Below are positions 20,007 to 29,485 of a DNA stretch of 64,000 bases, in pieces. Under the pieces are notes generated by a model that did not search any database, had not been told where the DNA came from, and worked only from the letters and a program-made list of their open reading frames with translations. The stretch's first letter is position 1, and each line of letters begins with the position of its first letter. The stretch is from Trueperaceae bacterium (lineage in GTDB: Bacteria > Deinococcota > Deinococci > Deinococcales > Trueperaceae), in contig OZ243956.1 of assembly GCA_965214405.1 (NCBI GenBank), forward strand, positions 1,536,001-1,600,000. Reading direction: 5' to 3'. The translations under genes and the position numbers were made by a program.

Positions 20007-21809
20007 ATGACATACCGCAACATCGCTATCGTCGCTCACGTTGACCACGGCAAAACCACGCTGGTCGACGGGATGCTCAAGCAGTCGCATATTTTCCGCG
20101 AGAACCAGGCCGTCGCCGAGCGCGTGATGGACTCCAACGACCAAGAACGCGAGCGCGGCATCACCATTTTGGCAAAAAATACTGCGGTCGAGTGGGAGGG
20201 CGTCAAAATCAACATCGTCGACACGCCCGGTCACGCCGACTTTGGCGGCGAGGTCGAGCGGGCCTTGGGGATGGTTGACGGCGTAATGCTCTTGGTCGAC
20301 GCCGCCGAGGGTCCCATGCCGCAAACGCGCTTTGTGCTGCGTAAGGCGCTCGAGCGCGGCCTCAAGCCCATCGTGGTGGTGAATAAGATCGACCGCAAAG
20401 ACGCGCGGCCCGACGAGGTTGTCGATCTCACCTTTGACTTGATGGTGGAGTTGGGCGCGAACAACGACCAGCTCGACTTTCCGATTCTTTACGCGGTGGC
20501 GCGCGAGGGGCGGGCCTGGACCGAGCTGGACGAGCCCGGCGACGACCTCGCGCCGCTCTTTGAGGCGATTCTCACCTACACCCCCGCCGCCGACGCCGAT
20601 ACCGACGCGCCTTTTCAACTTCAGGTCGCCAACTTGGATTACTCGGATTACCTGGGCCGCATCGCGGTCGGACGGGTGCGGCGGGGCAGCGCCCGCAAAG
20701 GCGACGCGGTGCTGCGTTTGGGCAGAAACAGCGAGTCGCGCGCGCGGCTCACCAAAATTTATACGCATTTGGGGCTCGAGCGCGTCGAGGTGGACGCGGT
20801 CGAAGCGGGGGACATCGTCGCGGTGGCGGGTCTCGACGAGGTGCAGATCGGCGACACGCTGGCGCACCCCGACGCGCCCGAGGCGCTCCCCACGCTCTCG
20901 GTCGACGACCCCACGGTTAGCGTGACCTTCTCGCCCAACACGAGCCCCTTCGCGGGTTTAGAGGGCAAATACGTGACCTCGCGCCACCTCAAAGACCGTC
21001 TGGACCGCGAACTCTTAACCAACGTGGCCTTGCGCGTCGAGGAGTTGGGCAGCGAGCAGTTCCGCGTCTCGGGCCGGGGCGAGCTGCACCTGTCGATTCT
21101 CATCGAGGGGATGCGCCGCGAAGGCTACGAGTTTTCGGTGTCGCGCCCCGAAGTGATTATGAAAGAAGTGGACGGCGTGCGCATGGAGCCCTACGAGCAC
21201 GTCGTCGCCGACGTGCCCGAGGGCGCGATGGGCGCGGTGATGGAGTCCTTGTCGAGCCGCCGCGGCACGCTGGTCAACATGAGCCAGGAGAGCGGGCGGG
21301 CGCGGCTCGAGTTCTCCATCCCGTCGCGCGCGCTGTTCGGCTACCGCACCCAATTTTTGTCGATGACGCAGGGCGAGGGCCTGCTCAACCACACCTTTGA
21401 CGGCTACGAGCCCGCGGTGGGCGACCTCAAAATCCGTCAGGGCGGCTCTATGGTGGCGATGGAGGCCGGGGACATCTTCGCCTACAGCCTTTTTAAGCTC
21501 CAAGACCGCGGCGTCTTTTTCGTCGACCCCGGCACCGAGGTTTACGTGGGGATGATCGTCGGCGCGAACGCGCGCGCGGGCGACCTCAACGTCAACGTGA
21601 CCAAAAACAAAAAGCTCACCAACGTGCGCGCCTCGAGTTCCGACGACAACATCACCCTCACGCCGCCCAAGAGACTCACGCTCGAGGAAGCCCTCGAGTA
21701 CATCGCCGACGACGAACTCGTCGAGGTGACGCCCAAGAGCGTCCGGTTGAGAAAGCGGATTTTGGAGCCCAATATGCGTAAGCGGGAGGAAAAGGCGGGG
21801 GTTAGTTAG
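20007..21809 (+). CDS. typA: Translational GTPase TypA/BipA
   Basis: [47 protein letters not shown]. Confidence 0.96.
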   Translation: MTYRNIAIVAHVDHGKTTLVDGMLKQSHIFRENQAVAERVMDSNDQERERGITILAKNTAVEWEGVKINIVDTPGHADFGGEVERALGMVDGVMLLVDAAEGPMPQTRFVLRKALERGLKPIVVVNKIDRKDARPDEVVDLTFDLMVELGANNDQLDFPILYAVAREGRAWTELDEPGDDLAPLFEAILTYTPAADADTDAPFQLQVANLDYSDYLGRIAVGRVRRGSARKGDAVLRLGRNSESRARLTKIYTHLGLERVEVDAVEAGDIVAVAGLDEVQIGDTLAHPDAPEALPTLSVDDPTVSVTFSPNTSPFAGLEGKYVTSRHLKDRLDRELLTNVALRVEELGSEQFRVSGRGELHLSILIEGMRREGYEFSVSRPEVIMKEVDGVRMEPYEHVVADVPEGAMGAVMESLSSRRGTLVNMSQESGRARLEFSIPSRALFGYRTQFLSMTQGEGLLNHTFDGYEPAVGDLKIRQGGSMVAMEAGDIFAYSLFKLQDRGVFFVDPGTEVYVGMIVGANARAGDLNVNVTKNKKLTNVRASSSDDNITLTPPKRLTLEEALEYIADDELVEVTPKSVRLRKRILEPNMRKREEKAGVS

Positions 21810-21864
21810 GGTAAACACGCCTTTTACGGGCGTGCGCGAGTTCACCAGACCGTGTGAGAAACCC

Positions 21865-21891
21865 TGGGCCGCAGGAGTATCCTGCGGCCCA
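21865..21891. terminator. Perfect 12-bp hairpin between convergent typA and GNAT genes
   Basis: TGGGCCGCAGGA-GTA-TCCTGCGGCCCA. Confidence 0.7.
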
Positions 21892-21935
21892 AAGTCATAA
21901 ATTTGTCCTTGGTGATGTTTTCGTCAGCACGCTAA

Positions 21936-22832
21936 TTAATTATCTTTTAGCTCGAGCGCGTAATCAACGGTTTCAAAGTAGGTCTCAAACCCCGCTGAAC
22001 CGTAAAGCTTAAAGGCTGCTTCATTCGTGGGCTCATACCCCACGATAGCCGTCTCCATGCCCCCTTCTTTCATCCGGGCCATCCCTGCAAACATCAATGC
22101 TTTGGTTAAGTCGCGCCGTGTGAAATCACGGTGACAGCCTACGGGTTCAAAGTATCCTGTTAGGCTGATGGGGTCAAACCAGACCACCACAAAGGCGGCA
22201 AAGCGTCCGTCTGGTGCGACGACGACAAGCTCTCGCTCGGGGTCAAAGCCTGGGGTTCGCATCACTTGGAGATATTTAGCTTCGGTCCATTTAGGGCTAA
22301 AGGCTCCGTTATGTACGTTTGCCACAAGCTGCGCTTCGTGTTCTCCTGCCACAGGACGAATCGTAAAACCCTTAGGCAGATGAGCTTCAGGAATGGCGTC
22401 AAGGCTGCGCTTCGCCACGGTGTGGTCTGCTTTTTGCACTTTGAAGCCTAGCGGCTCGAGGCACTCCTTCGCTGCTTTGTCACCCTCTACAAAGTTGACT
22501 GTGACGGTCGTTTTCTCCCCTTGTTTCATCCGTTCACGCATCACCGTAAGGCAGGCGCGGTGAAACTCTTTTTCCCACGCACCCCCGCGTCTTCGCGCAT
22601 CCATCACAGGAGCGTAACGCCCTAAGTCAGCGTCTAGCTCGACAACAGCGAGCATCTCCTTTTCTTCAACGATGTGAAAGTGGCGCTCGAGCCCTTCCCC
22701 ACGGTAGCCACTACTCATCCAGTGGACAAAATCGCCAGGGTGATAGTTTGTATGTTTATCACGCCCCCAGCACTCGCCGATAAAGCGCGTTACTGCGGGC
22801 AAATCACTTGGATGATACGGACGTAACATCAT
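21936..22832 (-). CDS. Tandem-domain GNAT N-acetyltransferase
   Basis: FEPVGCHRDFTRRDL and NEAAFKLY.SAGF motifs. Start set at MMLRPY after AGGAG. Confidence 0.8.
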   Translation of the reverse strand: MMLRPYHPSDLPAVTRFIGECWGRDKHTNYHPGDFVHWMSSGYRGEGLERHFHIVEEKEMLAVVELDADLGRYAPVMDARRRGGAWEKEFHRACLTVMRERMKQGEKTTVTVNFVEGDKAAKECLEPLGFKVQKADHTVAKRSLDAIPEAHLPKGFTIRPVAGEHEAQLVANVHNGAFSPKWTEAKYLQVMRTPGFDPERELVVVAPDGRFAAFVVVWFDPISLTGYFEPVGCHRDFTRRDLTKALMFAGMARMKEGGMETAIVGYEPTNEAAFKLYGSAGFETYFETVDYALELKDN

Positions 22833-22852
22833 GTCTACTCTCCTTGCGAGTT

Positions 22853-23281
22853 TCAGGCAGAGCGCCCCGGCATCCCCCGCGCCTCCTCTTTCAGAGGCAT
22901 CTCGGCGCTCCCGCACGCGCCCCACTCGTCCACGCTGGTGTCTTCTCTATAGGGCTCGAGCCCGCGCAAATAGCCGCTCCGGGCGATCATATAAGCCGAC
23001 AAGGGCGCGGTGAGAAAGAAAAAGGCGGCGATCAGCAGCACCCGCGTGGTGAGGTGCTGGGGGCCAAAGGCGACCGCCGCGCCGATAAAGATGCTCAGGC
23101 CGCCCAGGGTCACGAGCTTGGTCGAGGCGTGGAGGCGGGTATAGAAGTCGGGAAAGCGGAACACGCCGATGGCCGCCGCGAGCAAGAATACGCAGCCGAA
23201 CATGATGAGCAGTTCCGCGGGCAGGTTGCCCTGAACTTCCGCCGCGGCTTCCGGAGCGGCGAACGCCAAAATGGCGATCAC
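22853..23281 (-). CDS. mrpG: Mrp Na+/H+ antiporter subunit G
   Basis: RFPDFYTRLHASTK..TLG and FLTAP; operon position. Confidence 0.92.
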   Translation of the reverse strand: MIAILAFAAPEAAAEVQGNLPAELLIMFGCVFLLAAAIGVFRFPDFYTRLHASTKLVTLGGLSIFIGAAVAFGPQHLTTRVLLIAAFFFLTAPLSAYMIARSGYLRGLEPYREDTSVDEWGACGSAEMPLKEEARGMPGRSA

Positions 23282-23550
23282 TTCATCACCTTGCCCTCGA
23301 GCAGATACCGCGTCAGCGCCACGGTACTCAAGAATCCCAAAATGGACACGATTAAAGCCGCGTCCAAAAAGGCCGCGTATCCCGTTTTGAGCGCCAGCAC
23401 CACAATCAAGACCGCGATAATAACCCCCAAAAAGTCAAACGCGGTGATGCGGTCGCCCCACGACGGCCCCTTGAGGATGCGGTAGAGCGTCAAAACGATG
23501 GCCAACAAAAGGCAAACCAGCGCGATATCAATAACCATAAAGTCTCCCAT
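23278..23550 (-). CDS. mrpF: Mrp Na+/H+ antiporter subunit F
   Basis: RILKGPS..DR..AFD; 3 TM segments. Confidence 0.92.
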   Translation of the reverse strand: MGDFMVIDIALVCLLLAIVLTLYRILKGPSWGDRITAFDFLGVIIAVLIVVLALKTGYAAFLDAALIVSILGFLSTVALTRYLLEGKVMK

Positions 23551-23652
23551 TATGTCGCCTCAGCGTACGCACCTTTTTTAGAAGGTAGCAGATATGTAGT
23601 AACAAGCTTTTGCCTCTACTCATCACTCACCACTCATCACTCGGTACTTTTT

Positions 23653-24120
23653 TCACGTCATAAACCTCAAAATCAGCCGCTCGATGCGCGTAACGCTGTT
23701 TCTCGACTTTTCCACGTCCGCCTCGCCGATGGCGTGCGCGTAGAGGAGGCTGCGGTCTGCGGACACGCCCATCGCCACCGTGCCCGGTAGTAGCGTGATG
23801 GCCGCCGAGAGAAGCGTGATGGCGGCGTCGCTTTTGACGTTTAGAGGCACGGCGATGATGTGGGGATGCAGCCGCGGGCGAGGCTTGACGGCGAGAAGCG
23901 CCACGGCGATGTTGGAAATGAACAGTTCATAAAGAAACTGCGCGACAAAGCGGGCGAAGCCGACCAAGCGCGCCGGAAACGAACGCTCGCCCTCGCGCCG
24001 GACGACGCTCAGGAAAAGGAGGCCCAACAGCGCCCCGATAAAGAGGTTGTAGAGCGTTAAGTTGGCCGCCAAAAAAACCCAGAGGAGCGCGACGGCCAAG
24101 ACGGTGAGAAGCTCGAGCAC
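23653..24120 (-). CDS. mrpE: Mrp Na+/H+ antiporter subunit E
   Basis: ITLLPGT and LYAHAI; operon position. Confidence 0.9.
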   Translation of the reverse strand: MLELLTVLAVALLWVFLAANLTLYNLFIGALLGLLFLSVVRREGERSFPARLVGFARFVAQFLYELFISNIAVALLAVKPRPRLHPHIIAVPLNVKSDAAITLLSAAITLLPGTVAMGVSADRSLLYAHAIGEADVEKSRNSVTRIERLILRFMT

Positions 24121-25793
24121 TATTCCCCCCCCGCATCCTGTGAATCCTGCGCCACCTCTTGCACAGCTTCTGGTTGTACAGGTTCTTGTTGCACAGGTTC
24201 TTGTTGTACAGCTTCTGGTTGTACAGCCTCTTGTTGTACAGCCTCTTGTTGTATAGCGTCTTGTGCCACCTGCGCAACATCCGGCAACACCTCGCTGATG
24301 TACTGAGCGTTCGTCAGAAGCTGCGCCGCCACCCGCTCGGACACTGCGTAGACGGGGCCGCTGGCCGCCGCCAACGCCACGAGCAAGACAACCGCCGCGG
24401 CGGTGGGCAGGACCATCCCTCGAGGCAAGCTCACGCTATGGACCGCGTCGGCGTCGCCCCAAAAGAAGCTCCGCCACACGAGCACGGTCGCGTATAAGAG
24501 CAGCCCGCCCGTGACCACCGCCGCCACGCCTACAAGAACCGCCAGCGCGTCCCCGCGCGCGAACAAGGCCCCGATGAGCGCGAATTTGCCGATAAAGCCG
24601 CTCGTGGGCGGCAGCCCGGCCAGGGTGAGCGCCGCGATAAAGTAGCCCACGCCCAGCCACGGGTAGTCGCGCAGGTGGCCCTCGCTGCGGTAGTCCTCGC
24701 CCGCTATTTTTTCGGCCAAACCCGCAATCAAAAAGAGCGTGAAAACGACGAGCACCGAGTTGACGAGATAGTACACCCCAGCCGCTAAGCCCCCCAACGT
24801 GCCCAAAAAAGCGCCCATCGCCAAGTAGCCGATGCTCGAGATGTTCGCAAACGCCAAGAGGTGCCGCCAGCGCTGCCTAGCAATCGCGCCAAAACCGCCT
24901 AGCAAAACGGTAAAACCCGCCAGCAAGAGCAGCCCCGAGAGCGCCTCCGTTTCCCCCGGGAACATCAGCGTAAAGGTGCGCAAAAGCGCGTAAATCCCGA
25001 CCTTGGTTAACATCGCCGCGAAAAAGGCGCTCGTCGCGGCGGGCGGCGCGGGGTAGGCGTTGGGCAGCCAAAACCCGAGCGGAAAGAGCGCGGCCTTGGT
25101 CGCAAACACGAGCCCCAGGAGGAGCGCGACCATCGTCACGCGCGGGTCCGGGCCATGAACATTCACAACGTCGCGCAGCCTCACGGCGATGTCGGCCATG
25201 TTGAGCGTGCCGAAAAGCCCGTAAGCGAGCCCCGCCGTCACCACGAAAATCGCCGAGGCGACGAGGTTGATGACCACGTACTTGAAGCCTTCACGGAGCT
25301 GCGCCACCTCGCCGCCCAGGAGCAGGAGGCCGTAAGAGGCAATCAGCATCACCTCAAAGGCGACAAAAAGGTTGAACAGGTCACCCGTCAAGAAGCTCAT
25401 GTTAACGCCCATAAAGAGAAACTGGAGAAGCGCGTGCGTGCCGAAAACCTCTCGAGCCCGGTTCAGCCGCGCCGACTGACCCCGCCGGGGGCTCGTTTGG
25501 AGGCTCGAGGACGCGAACAAGACCGTTAGTAGCCCCGTCACCCCGCCCAGCAGCAAGAGCAGCCCCGTGAGCCCGTCCGCCACCAAAGTAATACCGTAGG
25601 GCGCGGGCCAGGCCGCCATCTGCACCACCAGCACCTCGCCCGACAGGGTGCGCCAGGCGATAAACCCGTCTACCAGGAGCGTCAGAGTCGCCGCCGCCGC
25701 CGCAAAAAGCGCTCTCACCCGCGGCGTCCGCAAGAGCAAGAGCACCGCCCCCGCCACCAGGGGCAGGAGCACCGGCCAGGCAACAACGTTCAC
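24120..25793 (-). CDS. mrpD: Mrp Na+/H+ antiporter subunit D
   Basis: GDLFNLFVAFEVML, KAALFPL.FWLP, LTKVG, GLPP.SGF.GK; carries an extra repeat tail. Confidence 0.93.
   Translation of the reverse strand: MNVVAWPVLLPLVAGAVLLLLRTPRVRALFAAAAATLTLLVDGFIAWRTLSGEVLVVQMAAWPAPYGITLVADGLTGLLLLLGGVTGLLTVLFASSSLQTSPRRGQSARLNRAREVFGTHALLQFLFMGVNMSFLTGDLFNLFVAFEVMLIASYGLLLLGGEVAQLREGFKYVVINLVASAIFVVTAGLAYGLFGTLNMADIAVRLRDVVNVHGPDPRVTMVALLLGLVFATKAALFPLGFWLPNAYPAPPAATSAFFAAMLTKVGIYALLRTFTLMFPGETEALSGLLLLAGFTVLLGGFGAIARQRWRHLLAFANISSIGYLAMGAFLGTLGGLAAGVYYLVNSVLVVFTLFLIAGLAEKIAGEDYRSEGHLRDYPWLGVGYFIAALTLAGLPPTSGFIGKFALIGALFARGDALAVLVGVAAVVTGGLLLYATVLVWRSFFWGDADAVHSVSLPRGMVLPTAAAVVLLVALAAASGPVYAVSERVAAQLLTNAQYISEVLPDVAQVAQDAIQQEAVQQEAVQPEAVQQEPVQQEPVQPEAVQEVAQDSQDAGGE
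24160..24264. repeat. Seven tandem 15-bp repeats encoding the Q(Q/P)E(A/P)V tail of MrpD
   Basis: Units such as TGTACAGCCTCTTGT and TGTACAGGTTCTTGT. Confidence 0.9.
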
Positions 25794-26254
25794 GCCGCCC
25801 CCCCTCGTCCCCGCTCGCCCCCTTCTCCCTTCCCTTTTCTCTCCCGCTTATCCTCTCTCCCCCGCTCCGGCGACACCGACGGGTGCTCCGGGTCAGCGTA
25901 GCCGCGCTCTTCGGTGCGCTCGTCGGGGCGGTCTAAGAGTTCTTGGATGTGGTCAGTGCCCGTTTCCTGGTACGCCCGCATCGCCAAAACCAAAAGAAGC
26001 GCGGTCGTCGCAAAACCGATCACAATCGCGGTGAGGATGAGCGCCTGCGGCAAGGGGTCCGCGTAAGGACCCGCGATGTTGAGAAGCGGCGGCGCGGCGA
26101 GCGTTTCGCCCGAGCCCGCCAGCAAGATACTCAGGTTGACCCCGTAAGAAATCATCGACAGGCCGATGATGAGCCGGATGATGGCCCTCGAGAGGAGCAG
26201 ATACACGCCCGTCCCCACGAGTGTGGCGGCGAGCAGGGGCAAAAGCAGTTCCAT
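25790..26254 (-). CDS. mrpC: Mrp Na+/H+ antiporter subunit C
   Basis: DPLPQALILTAIVIGF signature. Confidence 0.94.
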   Translation of the reverse strand: MELLLPLLAATLVGTGVYLLLSRAIIRLIIGLSMISYGVNLSILLAGSGETLAAPPLLNIAGPYADPLPQALILTAIVIGFATTALLLVLAMRAYQETGTDHIQELLDRPDERTEERGYADPEHPSVSPERGREDKRERKGKGEGGERGRGGAA

Positions 26255-26979
26255 CAGTCTTGCTCCTGGTTAGAAGATACTTGGTTAGAAGATACTTGGT
26301 TAGAAGATACTTGGTTGGAAGGTTCCTGGCTAGAAGATACGCGGGAGGCTCTACTCGTACCCATCTCGCCCATGTCCGCCAAGAGGTCGATAATCGTCAG
26401 CGTCGCGCCGATCACGACCAAAAAGACGCCGGTATCAAAAAAGACCGCCGTGGCCCATTCGAACTCGCCGATAAAGGGCCACTCGAGATAGCCAAAGGCG
26501 CTCGTCAAGAAGGGCTCGCCCAAAGCCATCGGCACCACGCCCGTAAGGAACGCGAGCAGCAGCCCCCAGGGGATGAGCGCCTTGGGCGCGAACGACAGGA
26601 GCGGCCTGTTGACCGCCATGCGCAGCAAGAGCGACGCCACCGCGATAACCAGCCCCGCGATAAAGCCGCCCCCCGGCGCGTTGTGACCACGCAAAAAGAG
26701 GTGGACCCCGAGCGCGATGAGCACAAACACCACGGGCCGCGCGAGCACGCGGAAAAAGATTTCGGGAGGCTGCGCGTGCTCCGGTACAGGAGAATGTGCA
26801 GCGGGATTTGCAGAGGATTTCGCAGCGGAATTAGAAACCGCAGGAGGCTCAGGAAGCGTGGGAGCCACGGAGACGCGCTTGCGAGAGTTCTCTGGGTTAG
26901 GGGCGGTTGCAGCGCTCGAGGGATAAACTTTGACCGCTTTGCTTATAGGTTTACTCATCGTCAGCATCCCTACTACCAA
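26254..26979 (-). CDS. mrpB: Mrp Na+/H+ antiporter subunit B (start uncertain)
   Basis: RGHNAPGGGFIAGL and FDTGVFLVV; low-complexity extensions at both ends. Confidence 0.88.
   Translation of the reverse strand: MVVGMLTMSKPISKAVKVYPSSAATAPNPENSRKRVSVAPTLPEPPAVSNSAAKSSANPAAHSPVPEHAQPPEIFFRVLARPVVFVLIALGVHLFLRGHNAPGGGFIAGLVIAVASLLLRMAVNRPLLSFAPKALIPWGLLLAFLTGVVPMALGEPFLTSAFGYLEWPFIGEFEWATAVFFDTGVFLVVIGATLTIIDLLADMGEMGTSRASRVSSSQEPSNQVSSNQVSSNQVSSNQEQD
26267..26341. repeat. Five tandem 15-bp repeats (three exact) encoding the SSNQV tail of MrpB
   Basis: TGGTTAGAAGATACT x3 plus two degenerate units. Confidence 0.9.
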
Positions 26980-29251
26980 TGTCTTTGTTGCTGGTGTCGG
27001 CGTTCGCCCGGAGCTTTAACAGCGCGTAGACCGCGACGCCGACCACCGCCAGCACAGTAATCTCGCCCATCGTATCGTAACCGCGGATATCGACCAAGAT
27101 CACGTTGACGACGTTGTAGCCGCCGCCCTCGGTTTTACTGACCGTTAAAAAGTAGTCCTTGAGCCGCTCCCCGATAGGCGTCTGCACCGCGACGAGCAGC
27201 GTAAAAAGGGTGACGCCGACGCCGCCCGCGAGCACCGCGTCAAAGCCCGCCGCGCGGAGCGAGCGCCCGTAGCGCGACAAGAGGGGCAGGTAGCGGAACA
27301 CCGACAAAAAGAGAATCACCGTGACCGTTTCGATTAAAAGCTGCGTCAAGGCCAGGTCGGGCGCGCGGAGGAGCACGAACAGCAAGGTCGAGGCGAACCC
27401 GGCCAGGCCCGTAAAAATGAGCGCGCTGAGGCGGGTTTTGGCGATGAGCACGCCGACGACGCTCGAGACCACCAAGAGCGCCGCCACCCAGAACTCTACG
27501 GGCACGGGCGTGAGCGCGTCCAAGGGAAGAAGCAGGTAACGCCAGCCCAGCCCCAACCCCACCGCCGCAAAGGGCAGCCAAATAAGCCGCACGTGCGCCG
27601 CAAACCCCGCCCCCTGCGTAAGCTGCGTGACGCCGTGGGAAAACCGCTCCAAACCGTTCACGAGCGCGTAGTACACGGTGTTGGCGTTCCAGTCCGGCGT
27701 CAGCGCCTCTTGGAATGCGGCGAAGCGGTCGCGCAGGAGGTGAAGGACCACCCCAAGCCCCCAGGTAAGGATGGACAACTGCAAGGCGGTGTTAAATCCG
27801 TGCCAGAGCGCCAAATATTCGCCCTCGTAGCCAAAGGTGGGCGCGGCGAGGCTTGTAAACCAGGTGGCCGTTAGGGGGAGAACGCCAAAAAGAACCGTCG
27901 CCACGCTCAAAGGCACCACCGGCAGCCACAGCGCGGGCGGCGCTTCGTGGACGTTGGGCCTGGCGCACACGTAAGGGCCGAAAAAAACCTTGAGAAAGCG
28001 CAGGCTGTAGGCAAAGGTCATGATGCTGCCTGCCACCGCGATGAGAATGGGCAGCGTGCCGTCGTGAAGCATCTCCTCGTAAAAGAGCTCTTTGGAGATA
28101 AAGCCTCCCAGCGGCGGTAAGCCCGCCATCGACAGCGCGGCGGGCACCGCCAGCAAACACGTGAGGGGCAGCTTGCGCCGCAGCCCCGAGAGTTTGGTGA
28201 TGTCGCGGCTCCCGGTTTCGTGGTCGATGATGCCGACGACCATAAACAAGCACGCCTTGAAAGCTGCGTGGTTGATGAGGTGCGCGGTCGCCGCGAACGG
28301 GTGCCCCGCGCCGTAGAGCGCCATCATCAGGCCCAACTGCGACACGGTCGAGTAGGCGAGGAGCGCCTTGAGGTCGCTCTGTCTGATGGCTAAATACGAG
28401 CCCCAGAACATCGTCGCTAAGCCCACGTAGAGAATCACGCTCATCACGGGCGTGTCCGCCCACAAGAAGCCGAACTTGGCGACCAAAAACACCCCCGCCT
28501 TGACCATCGTCGCGGAGTGCAGATAGGCCGAGACGGGCGTGGGCGCTTCCATCGCGGTGGGCAGCCAGAGGTGAAAGGGGAGCTGCGCGGACTTGGTAAA
28601 GGCCGCGACGAGCAAGAGGACCACCGCGGGCCAAAAGTAAGAACTCGAGCGCAACGCCTCCACATCGAGCGTCGAGAGGTTAAGGCTGCCTCCGCCTAAT
28701 GACAGGAGAATCACGCCCGCCAAGAGCGCGAGCCCGCCCACCGCGGTAATCACGAACGCCTTGAGCGCGCCGTCTTGCGAAGCTTTGCGAAAATCCCAAA
28801 AGCCGATGAGCAAAAACGAGCTGATCGAGGTGAGTTCCCAAAAGGCGAACAAGGCGACGAGGTTGTCCGCCAAGACGAGCCCCAGCATCGCCCCGCCGAA
28901 AAGGAGCAAATAGGTGTAAAAGCGTCCGTGCCGCTCCTCTTTGCCCAGATAAGCCGACGCGTAGAGCGTCACCAAAACGCCGATGCCCGACACGACGAGG
29001 GCAAAGGTGAGCGAGAAGCCGTCGCCGCGCAGGCCCAGCTCGAGCCCGATGCCCGGCACCCAGGAGAGGCTGGCGAGCGCGGGCAAGGCCGCTTTTGCCG
29101 CGTCCGTGAGGGTAAGGAGCATAAGCCCAGGCGCAAAAGCGAGCGCCAGAACGAGGCCCGCCTTGGCTCCCAGCCACCGCGCCAAAGGCCCCGCGAGAGG
29201 TGCCGCCACAAAGGGCGTCAAGACCGCGGCCAACAGAAGAAAGCTCACCAC
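26951..29251 (-). CDS. mrpA: Mrp Na+/H+ antiporter subunit A
   Basis: FWELTS, KSAQLPFH.WLP.AMEAPTPVSAYLHSATMVKAG, APDLALTQ, NVILVDIRGYDTMGE. Confidence 0.95.
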   Translation of the reverse strand: MVSFLLLAAVLTPFVAAPLAGPLARWLGAKAGLVLALAFAPGLMLLTLTDAAKAALPALASLSWVPGIGLELGLRGDGFSLTFALVVSGIGVLVTLYASAYLGKEERHGRFYTYLLLFGGAMLGLVLADNLVALFAFWELTSISSFLLIGFWDFRKASQDGALKAFVITAVGGLALLAGVILLSLGGGSLNLSTLDVEALRSSSYFWPAVVLLLVAAFTKSAQLPFHLWLPTAMEAPTPVSAYLHSATMVKAGVFLVAKFGFLWADTPVMSVILYVGLATMFWGSYLAIRQSDLKALLAYSTVSQLGLMMALYGAGHPFAATAHLINHAAFKACLFMVVGIIDHETGSRDITKLSGLRRKLPLTCLLAVPAALSMAGLPPLGGFISKELFYEEMLHDGTLPILIAVAGSIMTFAYSLRFLKVFFGPYVCARPNVHEAPPALWLPVVPLSVATVLFGVLPLTATWFTSLAAPTFGYEGEYLALWHGFNTALQLSILTWGLGVVLHLLRDRFAAFQEALTPDWNANTVYYALVNGLERFSHGVTQLTQGAGFAAHVRLIWLPFAAVGLGLGWRYLLLPLDALTPVPVEFWVAALLVVSSVVGVLIAKTRLSALIFTGLAGFASTLLFVLLRAPDLALTQLLIETVTVILFLSVFRYLPLLSRYGRSLRAAGFDAVLAGGVGVTLFTLLVAVQTPIGERLKDYFLTVSKTEGGGYNVVNVILVDIRGYDTMGEITVLAVVGVAVYALLKLRANADTSNKDIGSRDADDE

Positions 29252-29257
29252 TTCACC

Positions 29258-29387
29258 GTCGGCCCGATCTTATAAACAGTAAACAAACAATCAACAGTTT
29301 CCTCATAAATGGTGATAAATGGTGTGACCTTTGCGGTTGATAGGGTTGGCTCGGCCTCTTCTGTTCAAGCAAAACGCGACTCACCCC
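29258..29387 (-). ncRNA. Candidate cation-sensing leader RNA (nhaA-I/Li+-I-like) ahead of mrpA
   Basis: Minus strand reads GGGUG...CGUUUUGCUUG...AGGUCA...GAUCGGGCCGAC, ending 6 nt before the start codon and beginning just after a TAAAGT -10. The resemblance rests on recalled consensus and the spacing is longer than typical. Confidence 0.3.
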
Positions 29388-29409
29388 TCCACTTTACCCG
29401 AGAAAAGCG

Positions 29410-29431
29410 CGGCAGGAGCACTCGCTCCTGC
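29410..29431 (-). terminator. Terminator after the DsbA-family gene
   Basis: GGCAGGAGC-4nt-GCTCCTGCC followed by GCGCTTTTCT on the minus strand. Confidence 0.6.
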
Positions 29432-29485
29432 CAGATTTTCAGAACGTTTGGCTTGTAGCCCTTCCCTCAAAACCTCGCCTCAATT

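Noticed and set aside
10061..21845. Long antisense ORFs (10061-10996, 19980-20867, 21015-21845) and similar ones elsewhere
   Set aside because: They fully overlap well-supported genes, as expected in high-GC DNA.
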